Shown here piece after piece: positions 1 to 12,349 of a stretch of 34,961 bases of DNA. A program made the position numbers and the translations under genes. The stretch covers positions 1 through 34,961 of the forward strand of contig CAXUUL010000082.1 in the NCBI GenBank assembly GCA_964255285.1. Reading direction: 5' to 3'. This DNA comes from Ionaspis alba. Lineage: Eukaryota. The stretch's first letter is position 1; each line of letters starts with the position of its first letter. The notes below the pieces were generated by a model. That model searched no databases and was not told the DNA's origin. It worked only from the letters and a program-made list of their open reading frames with translations.

Positions 1-280
1 TGATGCTCTAGAGTTGAGGAAGGTAAAGCGTCAGAGTGAGCCAAAGGAAGAGGCTACGATTGAAGAAGATGAGATGGAGGATGAGGGTGAGATTGAAGAA
101 TAGTGACCGGAAGCATGCATTGGATGAGAAACTTTGGTCTCGTAAGATGTTATTTCCGCAGTGGTCATACGTTTCCACAATTAGTTGCAGGTCAAGATAG
201 GCCAGCACGCCAAAAATGACAAAAGTAATAAAACGATGCTTGTCATACGTGCATCAAGAGCTCGTGGATGTTAGCCACTA

Positions 281-3200
281 TCATGACAATTTACCATGAT
301 TTTGCTGCTGAAGGTAGTCCTTCAAGACGCGGATGTCCTCTGATATCTCGAACAAGTCTCTCGTCTTCAAGATTTCCAAAACATCGATCTTCTTGAATGC
401 CTTTGCAACGTCAAATGCCGTCTCAAATTTCTCCCCACTAACTTTTATCTTTGCGCCATGGGCCAATAAGGTCTTCACTACGTCGCCCTGCCCATAAGCA
501 CATGCCGCAAATAGAGCTGGACCAAGGAGGTTGGCACGGACTCCACATTTGTCAACCTCTGCGCCTGCTTCTAGTAGCATCTTCACAATGCCATGGTATC
601 CGAACCCAGCCGCAATGTAAAGAGCCGTACTATGCCGACCTCTCCCGCTATTGACAACAGCTTTAAGCTGTGCTGAATCTTCTCTATAAGATAATAATAG
701 CTTCACAGAGTCCTCGTTGCCGCTCCGACAAGCTTCGTACAAAGGTTGTTGGTCGTACAGGTCTTCCACATAGGGATCGCTTCCATGAGAAAGAAGGTAC
801 CGCATTGTATCAGTGACAGCTTTGAAAGCGGACTTGTGCAACGGAGTTTGCCCAATGAAATTCTCTGCGTTGGGATCTGCTCCGCATTCTATAAGCAATT
901 CCACAAGACGGTACGAGGGTTGCTGAGCGGCATAATGAAGAGGAGTCGCATGCCAATCATCGCGGATATTGACGTTTGCTCCATTTTCGATCAGGGCCTG
1001 AACGTTATCTTCGGGGCCCACCTCGGAGGCGATGTGCAGGGCAGTTTCGTGCCAACGATTTCTCTTGTCGACCTCAAATTTGTGCTCAAGAAGTATTTTA
1101 AGGATCGCTGGATAAGGATATTCAGATGCTGTATGTATAACATAGTCGCCGTTTTCATCTGGACATAAGTCTTCATACCCCTTTGACAGCAGTATCCTGA
1201 GAAGATCCGGCTGATTTCTCTTGCAGGCTAGATGGAGCAACTTGCAGACATCTTCCTGAGGCAAAAGATCGTGCTTCAACAAACCCTCGATTAGAGTAGG
1301 ACGATAGGTTTCTAGGTCCTCGAAAGAGAAAGTCCCGTATAGCTCGTGGATGTCTGCATATAGAAGACCTAGATCCATCCAAACAATAGGCTGTGTATCA
1401 ACAATCCAAAGAGCCAGCTTCTTTTTGTTACCATGAGATAGAAGGCTGTGTTCAAGTAAAATGCGAGCGATTTCAGGACTGCGAACAACCGGCAAGGACT
1501 CGGCCAATGGATAGCAGTCAATGCTTTTCATCTCATCAACATCAGATATGGAAAGGATAGAGAGCAGAGTATCTTTATCGGCTGAGGAACAAGCATTTTG
1601 AAGGATAATCCGCCTTTCGTGTATCGATAGACTGGAAAGCTCTGACGGGGCGAACAAGTTAAGCACTTCTTCAAGACCTAACTTAGCCAGTGCTGATGTC
1701 ATGACAGAGTCGCCGCTTGCATTAATCTCGTGGACGTTAGCTCCATACTTCCAAAGAACCGAAACGATATCCCATTGCGAACTGGCGACGGCATGGGTTA
1801 GTGCTGATCGTCCATCTACGCTACAAACTGTGGCGTCGGCTCCTTCTTCAAGAAGTTGTAACACTACTTGAATGTCCTTGAGATGTATTGCAGTTAACAG
1901 ATCCTGTTCTGACAGGACGTCGTTGGGCCGATACTTCAATTGTAGAGTTTGGAAGAGATCCGTTAGCGTAGCAGAAGGATCAGTGCATGAAGCACTCTGA
2001 AAAATTTCTTTGATAAGCTTAAAGACTTCGAGTGTGCAAGAGTCTCGCTCCCATTCTTTGGCCTGCTCCAACACAACCTCGAGACTCGAATGTAATCCAG
2101 AGGTCACACCTGTAGTGGCTGACAGGCTCGCACCACGGGACATGAGATAGGAACATAGCGCAGGCTGTGCTGTAAGGAATGCAAGGCAAAGTGGACTAAT
2201 AGCCGTAAGCATGTAGCCCTTATTCGTATGTTGGATGGACCCCGCCGCGTCGATGTCACCACCTCCCTCTACTAGAAGGTTGACGATTTTAAGTTTGCGA
2301 GAGTCCTCGTCGGGAATAAAGACGACAACGACGCCACGGACAATGAGCGACCAGCGCATAGAATTGTGATATGGATTGATCGCAAGGTGTAAAGCTGTCG
2401 TGTCGTAAGGAGATCTCTCACTTGGATGCGCACCCTCCTCAAGTAGTCTTTGCGTAGTATGGACAAGGAGACAAGAAGCTGCAAGGTGTATTGGAGAGGT
2501 CGCTGCTGCATGAATATAATCCATTAAATTTTGAGCACTTTTTATGTACCAATTCCAAAGCGAAAATGCAAAATTCCGCTTAACTGTGAAAAATCTGGGA
2601 AACAAAGCCGGTTCGGATTCTTGGCCACCACTTTTTAAAAGGTAAGCGTGCATACAGATGGCTGCATGTGGATAAAATGGAAACCTTGCATCGAGATCGG
2701 TGACCGGATGACCATGAACAACACTGCGCAGTATTGACTGGAAGTTGTCCATTGATAGGTAGAGCAAGCATGTCTCCGCAAGATAGAACATGTCCACTTC
2801 TAGATCCACGAGATACTTTCGAGCACTTTGGCTCGAGATCGAATCTTTGTTGGATTCAAGGAATTCCCTAACCGAGAAGTGTGAGAATTCGAGACGGTGA
2901 CTCGACGAGTCCACACGGACCAGGCTGCCACACCATTGGATGATATCTGATTCGCTTGGGATGACGTCAAGATCAAGGTTGGTATGATCAGCCTCGATGG
3001 ATATCGCGTGGGCAAGCCCTCCCAGTGTGAGACTTGCCTCGTATTCGAGGCTTTTTAAGACCAGCCATTTCAAGGTTCGTTGAATCAATTTCTGAGTCTG
3101 GGGAGGATATTTCCACTCAAAACGTTCGAGCAAGCGGATGTATGTGGCAGGAAGGTCTGGCGGAAGCTCTTTCAGGGCTTGCCTCCGCTCACGGTCGTTG

Positions 3201-4746
3201 GGAAGACCGGACAGATAGTCGAGCTGGCATTTGACCCACTGAAACCTGAGGCCCACCATCAAACCAATGTAACAAGATGTCAAGTAGGCTCTCACTCACA
3301 TGCCATCTGCCCCTTGCGTCAAGGCTTCAACGATTTCGCCACGCAGCTTCTCCTCTCTGATCTTCAATGACTGGACCTTACTCGCGACAAATAGCTGCAA
3401 GTCAGAGGATCTTGCAGCAATTGATATGGAAGGAAAAGAAGCCAGAGCTTCATGGATATCTCCTTCTTTCCGGCTGACAATGAGTGTCCGGACGGATCCA
3501 GCATTCTCGTCATGCAGCGAGGAGAGGATCCGAACTAGTTCTGTCCGGTCGATCCCGGGAGCGGATCCGCATTCATCAAGTCCATCAACAACGATGGTGG
3601 CGGCCGCAAAGTTCTTTGACAGGCTTTGCAACAAACTACCGAGTTGCTTCGCTGTTGGGCGTGATGGTGGCTTACCTTTAGGGTGGTGTGCTTCGTAGAA
3701 CGTTGAGGCGTCAATGAGAGCTTCAGGACTTTGCAAGGCGAGCTGGCCGATCAGAGAGCCGAGTACATTCGCTTGATTTTGCGTATCTACGTTCTTGTAG
3801 TCGCAGTAGAAGTAGGCAACCCCAGAGGTCTTAGTAGAGAAGAGCTCCTCAATGATCAAAGATGACAAGATCGTCTTGCCAGCGCCAGGGATACCATATA
3901 TCCAAAGGGCCGAATTAGGCGAATCAACCCATTCCGTATATTCTGGAATGTCAAAGATCCATCGTCCTGTTCCTTCCTGCCAGAGACCCCGAGCGACTTG
4001 ATGGTTATGCGCCGGATTGACTACACTTAGCCAATCAAGTACTATCTTCGCCTCTCGCCCTAGAGGGGAATCAGTGAATAGTTGAAGCATGGTTAGGGGC
4101 TTTAGAAGCACTGACTGTGCTTCTTTTTCATGTTGACATCTAGCATTTTCTTCTGGGTCTTTTCCATCTCAACGACTCGTTCTCCTATCACTCTTGTCTC
4201 TTCCAAAACGTCTCTCATGGACATAAGCTCGCTGGTAGAAAGTGCCAAAATGCATGTGCTTTTGTGGCGCTCTAAGCTAGCAAGGAGCTCCATCGTTTTG
4301 GATTTACTCCATGGCCACTTCAGATCTGATCGAGACAACCGGCGGAAGATGTTCTTCTTAGCAGCTGCTAGTGATGGTTGCACAGCGTGGCTGACATCGG
4401 CGCCTTCGTCGATAGAAGCCAACGCAGCTCTTGAGGCTTTCCGCTCAAATGAGACGAGAACGTTTAGAATTTCATTGAGAGTTCTTTGACATGCGACTAC
4501 ATAGTCTGGAACTTTTGCAACTCGAGTGCCACGCGTATATTCTTCTTCTTCCTCTTCTTCATTCTCCTCAACTGCCCGTGCAAGTCTCTCAATTGCACCA
4601 CAGAAGATGTCCGTTTCGAGAATCAGATTACGAACCTCATGTTCGCATTCCTGAACGGCCTTGAGATACTTGCGGCCTTTTGTGACAACGAGATCAGTGA
4701 GGGAGACCAGTCCGGCAATGCCAGCTGCGAGAGCTAGAGGATCCAT
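281..4746 (-). CDS. Fungal NLR-like STAND protein: HeLo-like/SesA-type N-terminal domain, NACHT NTPase, winged helix, ankyrin repeats (1451 aa, 3 exons)
   Basis: Three ORF-track pieces join through two introns: 4115-4060 (GTCAGT..CTAG, 56 nt) and 3299-3246 (GTGAGT..TCAG, 54 nt). Exons 4746-4116, 4059-3300, 3245-281 total 4356 nt in frame. N-terminus MDPLALAAGIAGLV and LKWPW motif; Walker A GIPGAGKT; Walker B IVVDGLDEC; spliced ADGMFQWVKCQLDYL typical of fungal NACHT proteins; many ankyrin motifs (TALHIA, TPLHYAA, TPLHKSA, TALYIAA). Confidence 0.93.
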
Positions 4747-5412
4747 TGCTGTTGTCTTGTACTATCAGGAAAGCCACAACATTCAGCCTCGTCGATTGCT
4801 ACCATCCGCAAGCATTTGAACACCTTGTTTGTAGAGTATATTAAGTGCGATCGAGGATTCTTTGATTCTGTTCCAATCCGTCCAGCAAGTGAAGCAAAGG
4901 CAGAAGCTGGGAGTATTCCACAGCTTCTAGATAGGCAGACATGATGACACACGACGAGGCAGATCGCCTTATCCCATGCATGTTCTACCACCAATTACAG
5001 AGCTGTGTAGGCTCAGCCGCAGGAGTAATAGGACGATCAAGAAAAGCCTTGCACTTTAGAGCTGTCTGTAGAGCTGTAGCAAGAGATAATATGCAACGGT
5101 GGGAAATAGCCAGAACTACAAGGTCAATCCAATCTCAACATGCTGATCGTTGTTTTGATTGGGATTGCCTGTGGGTGTCACCAAATTAAGGAGTACTTTC
5201 GCGACCGTTGAACTTCTTGCCACAAGCTAGACTTATGACGTAGGGTCTAGAACTCTGATATACCCCGTCGTGTCCACCCATCGATCCACCAGACTGATAA
5301 CCACTTTTTACTTTGCCACACAGAGAATATACTCAACCTCGAAAACCCTGGTCCAAAGCTTCATCGCCCTTTTTTTCTTCTTTGAAACAATACAGTCAAC
5401 CAAACCATCAAG

Positions 5413-6179
5413 ATGAAGGTCCTCGAAAACCAAGTCGTCGACCTCGACATCATGCCCGGCAAGCGCAAGGAGGATCTCCCTGCAGAGGCTCAAGCACAGA
5501 TGGAAGCCCAGATGGGTGAAGCCGGGTGCGTCATTTCCCACTTCTTCACTTTCCTCTCGCCCCGTGCACTGTGCATGCTGACATACCCTAGTCAACAAAT
5601 CAAAGCTGCAACCGACAACCTCCCCGAAGAGCAAAAGAAGCAAGCCTCTGGTTTCGTAGGTGGAGTCTCCAATGTTGCTACAGGCGTTGTAGGGACAGCC
5701 GGTGGAGCTGTCAAGGGTGTGCTTGATACAGCGGGCAATACGGTATGTCATATCCGTCTCCAAACACCGCCTTGCCCCGCGTTCCAATTCTACATCAAAT
5801 GTCGTCACAAATCCACTAACGATGCCTACAGGTCGGCACTCTTGGCGGCGGCCTAGGCAACACTCTCCAAGGCACCGTCACTGGTCTCGGTGACACCGCC
5901 ATGGCAGCCGGTGGTGCGTTCACCTCCAAAGCGGAAGAGTCATCGACCTCCTCCACATCCTCCTCTGCGGCAGATACTGCCTCCAACACAGCCAAGTCTG
6001 GCGCCGAGAGCGTAGGCAGTGGTCTTGAGAGTGCGGGTGAGAAGACGAAAGATGTGGGTAATACTGCTGGGGAGAAAACCACTGGAGCGAGTAGCGAGGC
6101 TGTGAAGGGACTGAAGGATAGTAAGGGTGCGCTGGACTCCCAGGTTGAGGGGTTGAAGGGGAGTTTGGGCGGGGAGTAG
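5413..6179 (+). CDS. Small Gly/Ala/Thr/Ser-rich LEA-like (hydrophilin-type) protein with 11-mer repeats (203 aa, 3 exons)
   Basis: Exons 5413-5525, 5592-5742, 5832-6179. Introns 5526-5591 (GTGCGT..GCTGAC..CTAG) and 5743-5831 (GTATGT..ACTAAC..ACAG); the 612-nt total is in frame. A-rich start context (CATCAAGATG). Product assignment comes from composition and repeat periodicity only. Confidence 0.75.
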
Positions 6180-6280
6180 TTAGGTGCGATGCAGCGTGGG
6201 ATGGCCGAAGGAGGGAGGAGGGGACCGGCACTGGAAGAAAGAGTTAGTTTTGAGGAGGTGCAATATTTGTATTCTACCAT

Positions 6281-6380
6281 NNNNNNNNNNNNNNNNNNNN
6301 NNNNNNNNNNNNNNNNNNNNNNNNNNNNNNNNNNNNNNNNNNNNNNNNNNNNNNNNNNNNNNNNNNNNNNNNNNNNNNNN
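6281..6380. other. Assembly gap (100 N) hiding the 3' end of glfB
   Basis: Run of N. The glfB reading frame is still open at the gap edge (..MIYYKLG). Confidence 0.99.
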
Positions 6381-7505
6381 GCTCCGAGCTTGTAGTAGAT
6401 CATGCCGCCGAGAGCAATGCTATAGCCGAAGAATTGGAGGGCTGAGACGGGGGTACCCCAAATGGCCATGGAGGCGAGGACGAGGAGGATGTCTTTGAGG
6501 ACACCGCAGAGGGTCATGACCAGAGAAGATGTTTTGCCGATCTGATTGAGAGGTTGTGGTTAGCTTTGCTCGAAAAAGTTGCCGGGTGTGGGGTATATGT
6601 ACCAAGAAGACGACGCAGACATTCAAGCCGAATGCGATCATAGCATTGGCAAGCAGGGTGAAGTACCCAACTCTAGCAATATCGGCCAGGTGGAGCGAGG
6701 GGACCTCGAAGAAGAGGGAGACGATGCCGTTCATGATCGCACATACGGGAGCGAAATAGTAGAATGAGACGAGGGGGTCCATCTTGTACTCTGCGGAGGA
6801 GAGGAGGCGCTGGACCATAACAAGACGGATGGCTTCGAAGACAATACCGCCAACTTGGAACAGGAATCCGATGAGCACGAATTTGATTTCACCAAAGGAT
6901 GCGATCACGACTCCGAGCACGATAAAGGAGACGTTAAAGAGGACTTTCATGTTGGGTTGCGCGAGTCCGAGACCCCATGTAGCGAAAAGAACTGCCACTG
7001 GTGTAGTGGCCTATTCCAATGATTAGGCGCTGTCTATTGGATACCATGATACTGGAAATTTTCTCACCTTGAGCATCTGGATAAATGCCACACTGAGATA
7101 GAGGTATGTCAGATTACCGCAGATGAGCGACAAGCTGAAGAACAAGCCAATTGGCACAATAGCCCTCAGATAGACCCTTCCAGTCATTTTGACATTCTTG
7201 CGTCCATCAAGCAGTGTAGTCGTCCTCGCAAGAATCTGCGTCATCAGTGTTCCAAACGCCAAATGCCACGTCGTCAGGATGATCGGAAAGCGGAAATTAG
7301 CGGTATCCAAGATCCACTTGTTGAAGAGAATGACACTGGAGCTCATGGTAATCCATGCTGCGACGTAGACGGCGGGATGGAGGGAGGAGCTTGGGGGTTC
7401 TGGTTTTTCAGTCGCGGGATTGACTGTTGGGAGTAGCGACGCCGACGCCTCTCCTATACGTGGGACCTCGCCCGAGAGTCGCTGCTTCTCTTCGCCGGCG
7501 GACAT
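6381..7505 (-). CDS. glfB: UDP-galactofuranose transporter (TPT/SLC35 nucleotide-sugar transporter), 3' end lost in gap
   Basis: Exons 7505-7068, 7010-6603, 6541-(gap). Introns 7067-7011 (GTGAGA..ATAG) and 6602-6542 (GTACAT..TCAG). TPT-family motifs SSSVILFNKW, FPIILTTWHL, LSVAFIQMLKATTPVAV, IGKTSSLVMTLCGVLKD. Sits head-to-head with UDP-galactopyranose mutase, as known for Aspergillus glfB/ugtA. About 335 aa visible. Confidence 0.9.
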
Positions 7506-8177
7506 GATGCGCGGAGAGATTTGGGAGTCGTAGAAGGTTTGGAGGGAGAACGGGCGCGACCGTTCGAGCTGGCCTACGCCGACCAGGTTGGATGGGTGTT
7601 GAAGAGGTAGATTGTTGGGAGAAGTTCAATCAAGCGCAATAGATCTAGTGCATGAATACAACAAGCTTAACTAGAGTGGAAGAAGAGAAAGACGGTGGGT
7701 CAGATGCCGTCCTGGGAAGACAGGAATTGAAAGAAAGGGCGGTGATAGTCGCTGGGAGCGAAAGGATTGGAGGTTTGGAGCAGGTACGAAGCAGCACAAG
7801 AGAAATCTTAGAGACTTTTAGGCGAGAAATGAGGGATCTGCTCTGCCCCCCTTGCCTTCCCGTCCTCCTCCCATCAACTTTGACACACACCACTACGCCC
7901 AACGCCATGATTCAAGCTTTTGCNNNNNNNNNNNNNNNNNNNNNNNNNNNNNNNNNNNNNNNNNNNNNNNNNNNNNNNNNNNNNNNNNNNNNNNNNNNNN
8001 NNNNNNNNNNNNNNNNNNNNNNNACGTAATTTATTTTTCGAGGCACTTTCACCGATTCCCAACACCTCCCTCTTCTTAACGTTTATACATACACTTTCGA
8101 CACCATCATAGACCTAGACACTCCTTTTTGATAGAAAGATAGCCCGAGTTTTGAAGAGCATTTCCAAGACGGTAAAA
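7506..8177. promoter_or_regulatory. Divergent intergenic region (probable bidirectional promoter) between glfB and glfA; contains a 100-N gap at 7924-8023
   Basis: Lies between two divergent ATGs. Pyrimidine-rich tracts on each gene's sense strand precede each start. No specific binding site is claimed. Confidence 0.6.
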
Positions 8178-10082
<1,905 letters not shown>

Positions 10083-10182
10083 NNNNNNNNNNNNNNNNNN
10101 NNNNNNNNNNNNNNNNNNNNNNNNNNNNNNNNNNNNNNNNNNNNNNNNNNNNNNNNNNNNNNNNNNNNNNNNNNNNNNNNNN
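10083..10182. other. Assembly gap (100 N) between the convergent 3' ends of glfA and the next gene
   Basis: Run of N. Confidence 0.99.
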
Positions 10183-10189
10183 CACTTAC

Positions 10190-12349
10190 CTAATCCTCAA
10201 AGAACCTTCTCTCACCCCTCGGCGGTGTCCTAACCAGCCCCTCCCTCTCCAATCCCCCATGACCAGGTCCAAGCTCCTCATCCCTAGGCACTCTCCTCCT
10301 CTGCTCACTCCGTTCACGCGCCCTCCTCTCCGCCTCCGTCACGATCCCCAGATTCTCTTGTTCCTCATTGGATCCCGAACCTTCGTCACGTCGTCGCCCC
10401 CTCATCCTCCATCGGCCCTGCCTCCTCGTCGGACTGTCCCTGGTCTCCAGCTCAACCCCACGATGCCGTTCTGTGCGGCCGCCTGCAGGAGCCGTGTAGG
10501 CTCCAATCATCGAGTTCATAGGGGGAAGACCGTTGCGAGGGAGACCGATGGGCGTTTGAGGCTGTGAAGATGCGGGCAAGGAATCGTTGTAAACTCGAAG
10601 GCTTCTTCTGGAGGCTGCGGATGGAGGAGGGGATGGCGAAGGTACGTAGCGTCGATGAGATCGCGTTCTGGGTCTGGGAGCAGTGAACGGTGCGGGTGCA
10701 GGGGCTCGGGAAGGTGGAGATAGTGGTGTGCGGAAGGAGTTGGCGGGTTCGCCAAGGGGGTCTGGAGACGATGAATGAGGAGCCGGACGGAAGGGAAGCG
10801 TGAGATGACGAGAGGTCGCGGAACGGTTTACTGGAGAGGAAGGTAGGACCTCGTTGAATGATACTTGGCGTGGGGTTGCTGAGAAGGGCGGCGGTAAGAG
10901 CGGTAGGATAGGTTCTCCGGGTGGTGTTGAATGGTTAGGAGAAGCATCCGTAGATAGCGAGTAGGCCGGCGAGCGTTGAAGTAAGTCAATAGATGGGCTG
11001 GATATCCCCGGTACATTTGGCGGTGGCGACGAGTGTAGGGAGTATGAATCACTTTCGTCGAGGTAGGATGAGGAAACGGAAAACGTGTTATCCTGGACGG
11101 AGAACTGTCGAACTGCATTGTTTCCAACACCACTGGAGTGCTTCGCAGCTGGTTCCTCTTGGGAGGTCACCGAATCATCAAAGGAGTAGGTCTGGCTTCG
11201 CTGTTTGTACTTCGTCGGCCGATTGGAAGGACGAACGAAATGGCTAGACTCTGCAGCATTGTCATTGCGTGTGGATCCATTCGTTGATCTGAAATGTTTT
11301 TCTGGCGAGCTCGAGGCCGCAGCTTGAGATATGTAAAGCCTTGAGCGCGGTAGACCACCAGATCGGCTTCTAGTGTGCTCGAACAGTTGAGCCTGAAGTT
11401 CATTGGATGGCACTGACAGATGATCTGGTTCACTCTTCATCGACGAAGTTCTTTGTGACTCTGCTCCTATACTCGCATTTGTATCAATCTCGAATGTGGA
11501 TGAATCTGTTCTTCTACCCCGCCTCGTTCGATGAGGAAGAACGAGTTGATCATCTGTGTCAACCATTGAGTCTGACGAGATAGATTCCGGTATCTGTGCC
11601 GTACGCCTCGAAACAGCGTCTGTAGAACCATCCAGATCAAGATGACTTGAGATTTGTCGCTGTACGTGTGAGATTTCTTCCTCCGTACTACCATGACGTC
11701 CACGTCGATGGAATCGGAGAAAGGAAAGTCGGCGTCTTGATCCAGGAATTGGGGCAGGCTCAGTCTTGTGGCTCTCTCGATGCTCCTCCTCAACGTCTGG
11801 ATCCTTGGTGTTCTCAGAGGACAGTAGCGAGTCCGTAGAGAAACGGGACTGGAGGACAGGATCCACTTCGACCTGGTAAGATGATGGCTCATGAAGATCT
11901 CCACTTTTGTCAGCATCAATCCGTGAAAGAGAGTTGTCTCCTTCACCTAGCCGTGTGCTCTCTAGCACGTTAGAGTCGTCGAAACTGGCCAAAGAGCCAA
12001 GAGAGGTCTCCTCGTCGACAAAATGACTCTCGTGATCGGTGCTTAACAATGGGGCGGAAGCAGTTGCCACAATATCCTCCCAGAATGCTGCTGAATTACG
12101 CGGCACTGGTTCGTCAGATATCAGACTGTCCTCATAGTTCGTACCCCTTCCTGCGACGACGTCGGACGGGGGTAGAGGGAAATGATAGGGCAAGAGAAGG
12201 GTGTCTCGGGTATCGGCATGATCCTGCTTTGTGGAATCCGCTACCCGCGCTTTTTGCTCATGTTGTAGCTTTCTATTCTGGTAACGATGTGTATGCCAGA
12301 CCAAGTCCCTGGAGCTAAGTTCAATCTTGGTGGAGGGTAGCCGCAGCAT
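10190..12349 (-). CDS. Ser/Pro/Arg-rich, largely disordered protein (719 aa) with N-terminal Cdc26/Hcn1-like motif
   Basis: Uninterrupted 2160-nt ORF from the first ATG (12349) to TAG (10190). The ORF track starts earlier at a TTG, which is unlikely in a fungus. N-terminus MLRLPSTKIELSSRDL. Function is inferred only. Confidence 0.8.
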   Translation of the reverse strand: MLRLPSTKIELSSRDLVWHTHRYQNRKLQHEQKARVADSTKQDHADTRDTLLLPYHFPLPPSDVVAGRGTNYEDSLISDEPVPRNSAAFWEDIVATASAPLLSTDHESHFVDEETSLGSLASFDDSNVLESTRLGEGDNSLSRIDADKSGDLHEPSSYQVEVDPVLQSRFSTDSLLSSENTKDPDVEEEHRESHKTEPAPIPGSRRRLSFLRFHRRGRHGSTEEEISHVQRQISSHLDLDGSTDAVSRRTAQIPESISSDSMVDTDDQLVLPHRTRRGRRTDSSTFEIDTNASIGAESQRTSSMKSEPDHLSVPSNELQAQLFEHTRSRSGGLPRSRLYISQAAASSSPEKHFRSTNGSTRNDNAAESSHFVRPSNRPTKYKQRSQTYSFDDSVTSQEEPAAKHSSGVGNNAVRQFSVQDNTFSVSSSYLDESDSYSLHSSPPPNVPGISSPSIDLLQRSPAYSLSTDASPNHSTPPGEPILPLLPPPFSATPRQVSFNEVLPSSPVNRSATSRHLTLPFRPAPHSSSPDPLGEPANSFRTPLSPPSRAPAPAPFTAPRPRTRSHRRYVPSPSPPPSAASRRSLRVYNDSLPASSQPQTPIGLPRNGLPPMNSMIGAYTAPAGGRTERHRGVELETRDSPTRRQGRWRMRGRRRDEGSGSNEEQENLGIVTEAERRARERSEQRRRVPRDEELGPGHGGLEREGLVRTPPRGERRFFED

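Noticed and set aside
8..208. 66-aa minus-strand ORF and pyrimidine-rich stretch at the window start
   Set aside because: It starts at a non-ATG codon, and both nearby ATG frames stop within about 30 codons. More likely UTR or promoter sequence of a gene outside the window.
3246..4115. Apparent stop codons splitting the NLR into three ORFs (pseudogene, readthrough or A-to-I editing)
   Set aside because: Both stops lie inside canonical short introns whose removal restores the frame and the conserved motifs.
4538..4570. (TTC/CTC)n tract as a microsatellite
   Set aside because: It is a short imperfect coding tract for EENEEEEEEE within the NLR N-terminal domain.
4102..6179. Amyloid-signalling pair (NLR N-terminal motif plus adjacent effector, as in NWD2/HET-S)
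   Set aside because: The NLR has a full ~210-aa N-terminal domain rather than a short amyloid motif. I saw no HRAM, sigma or PP (RHIM-like) motif shared with the neighbouring gene.
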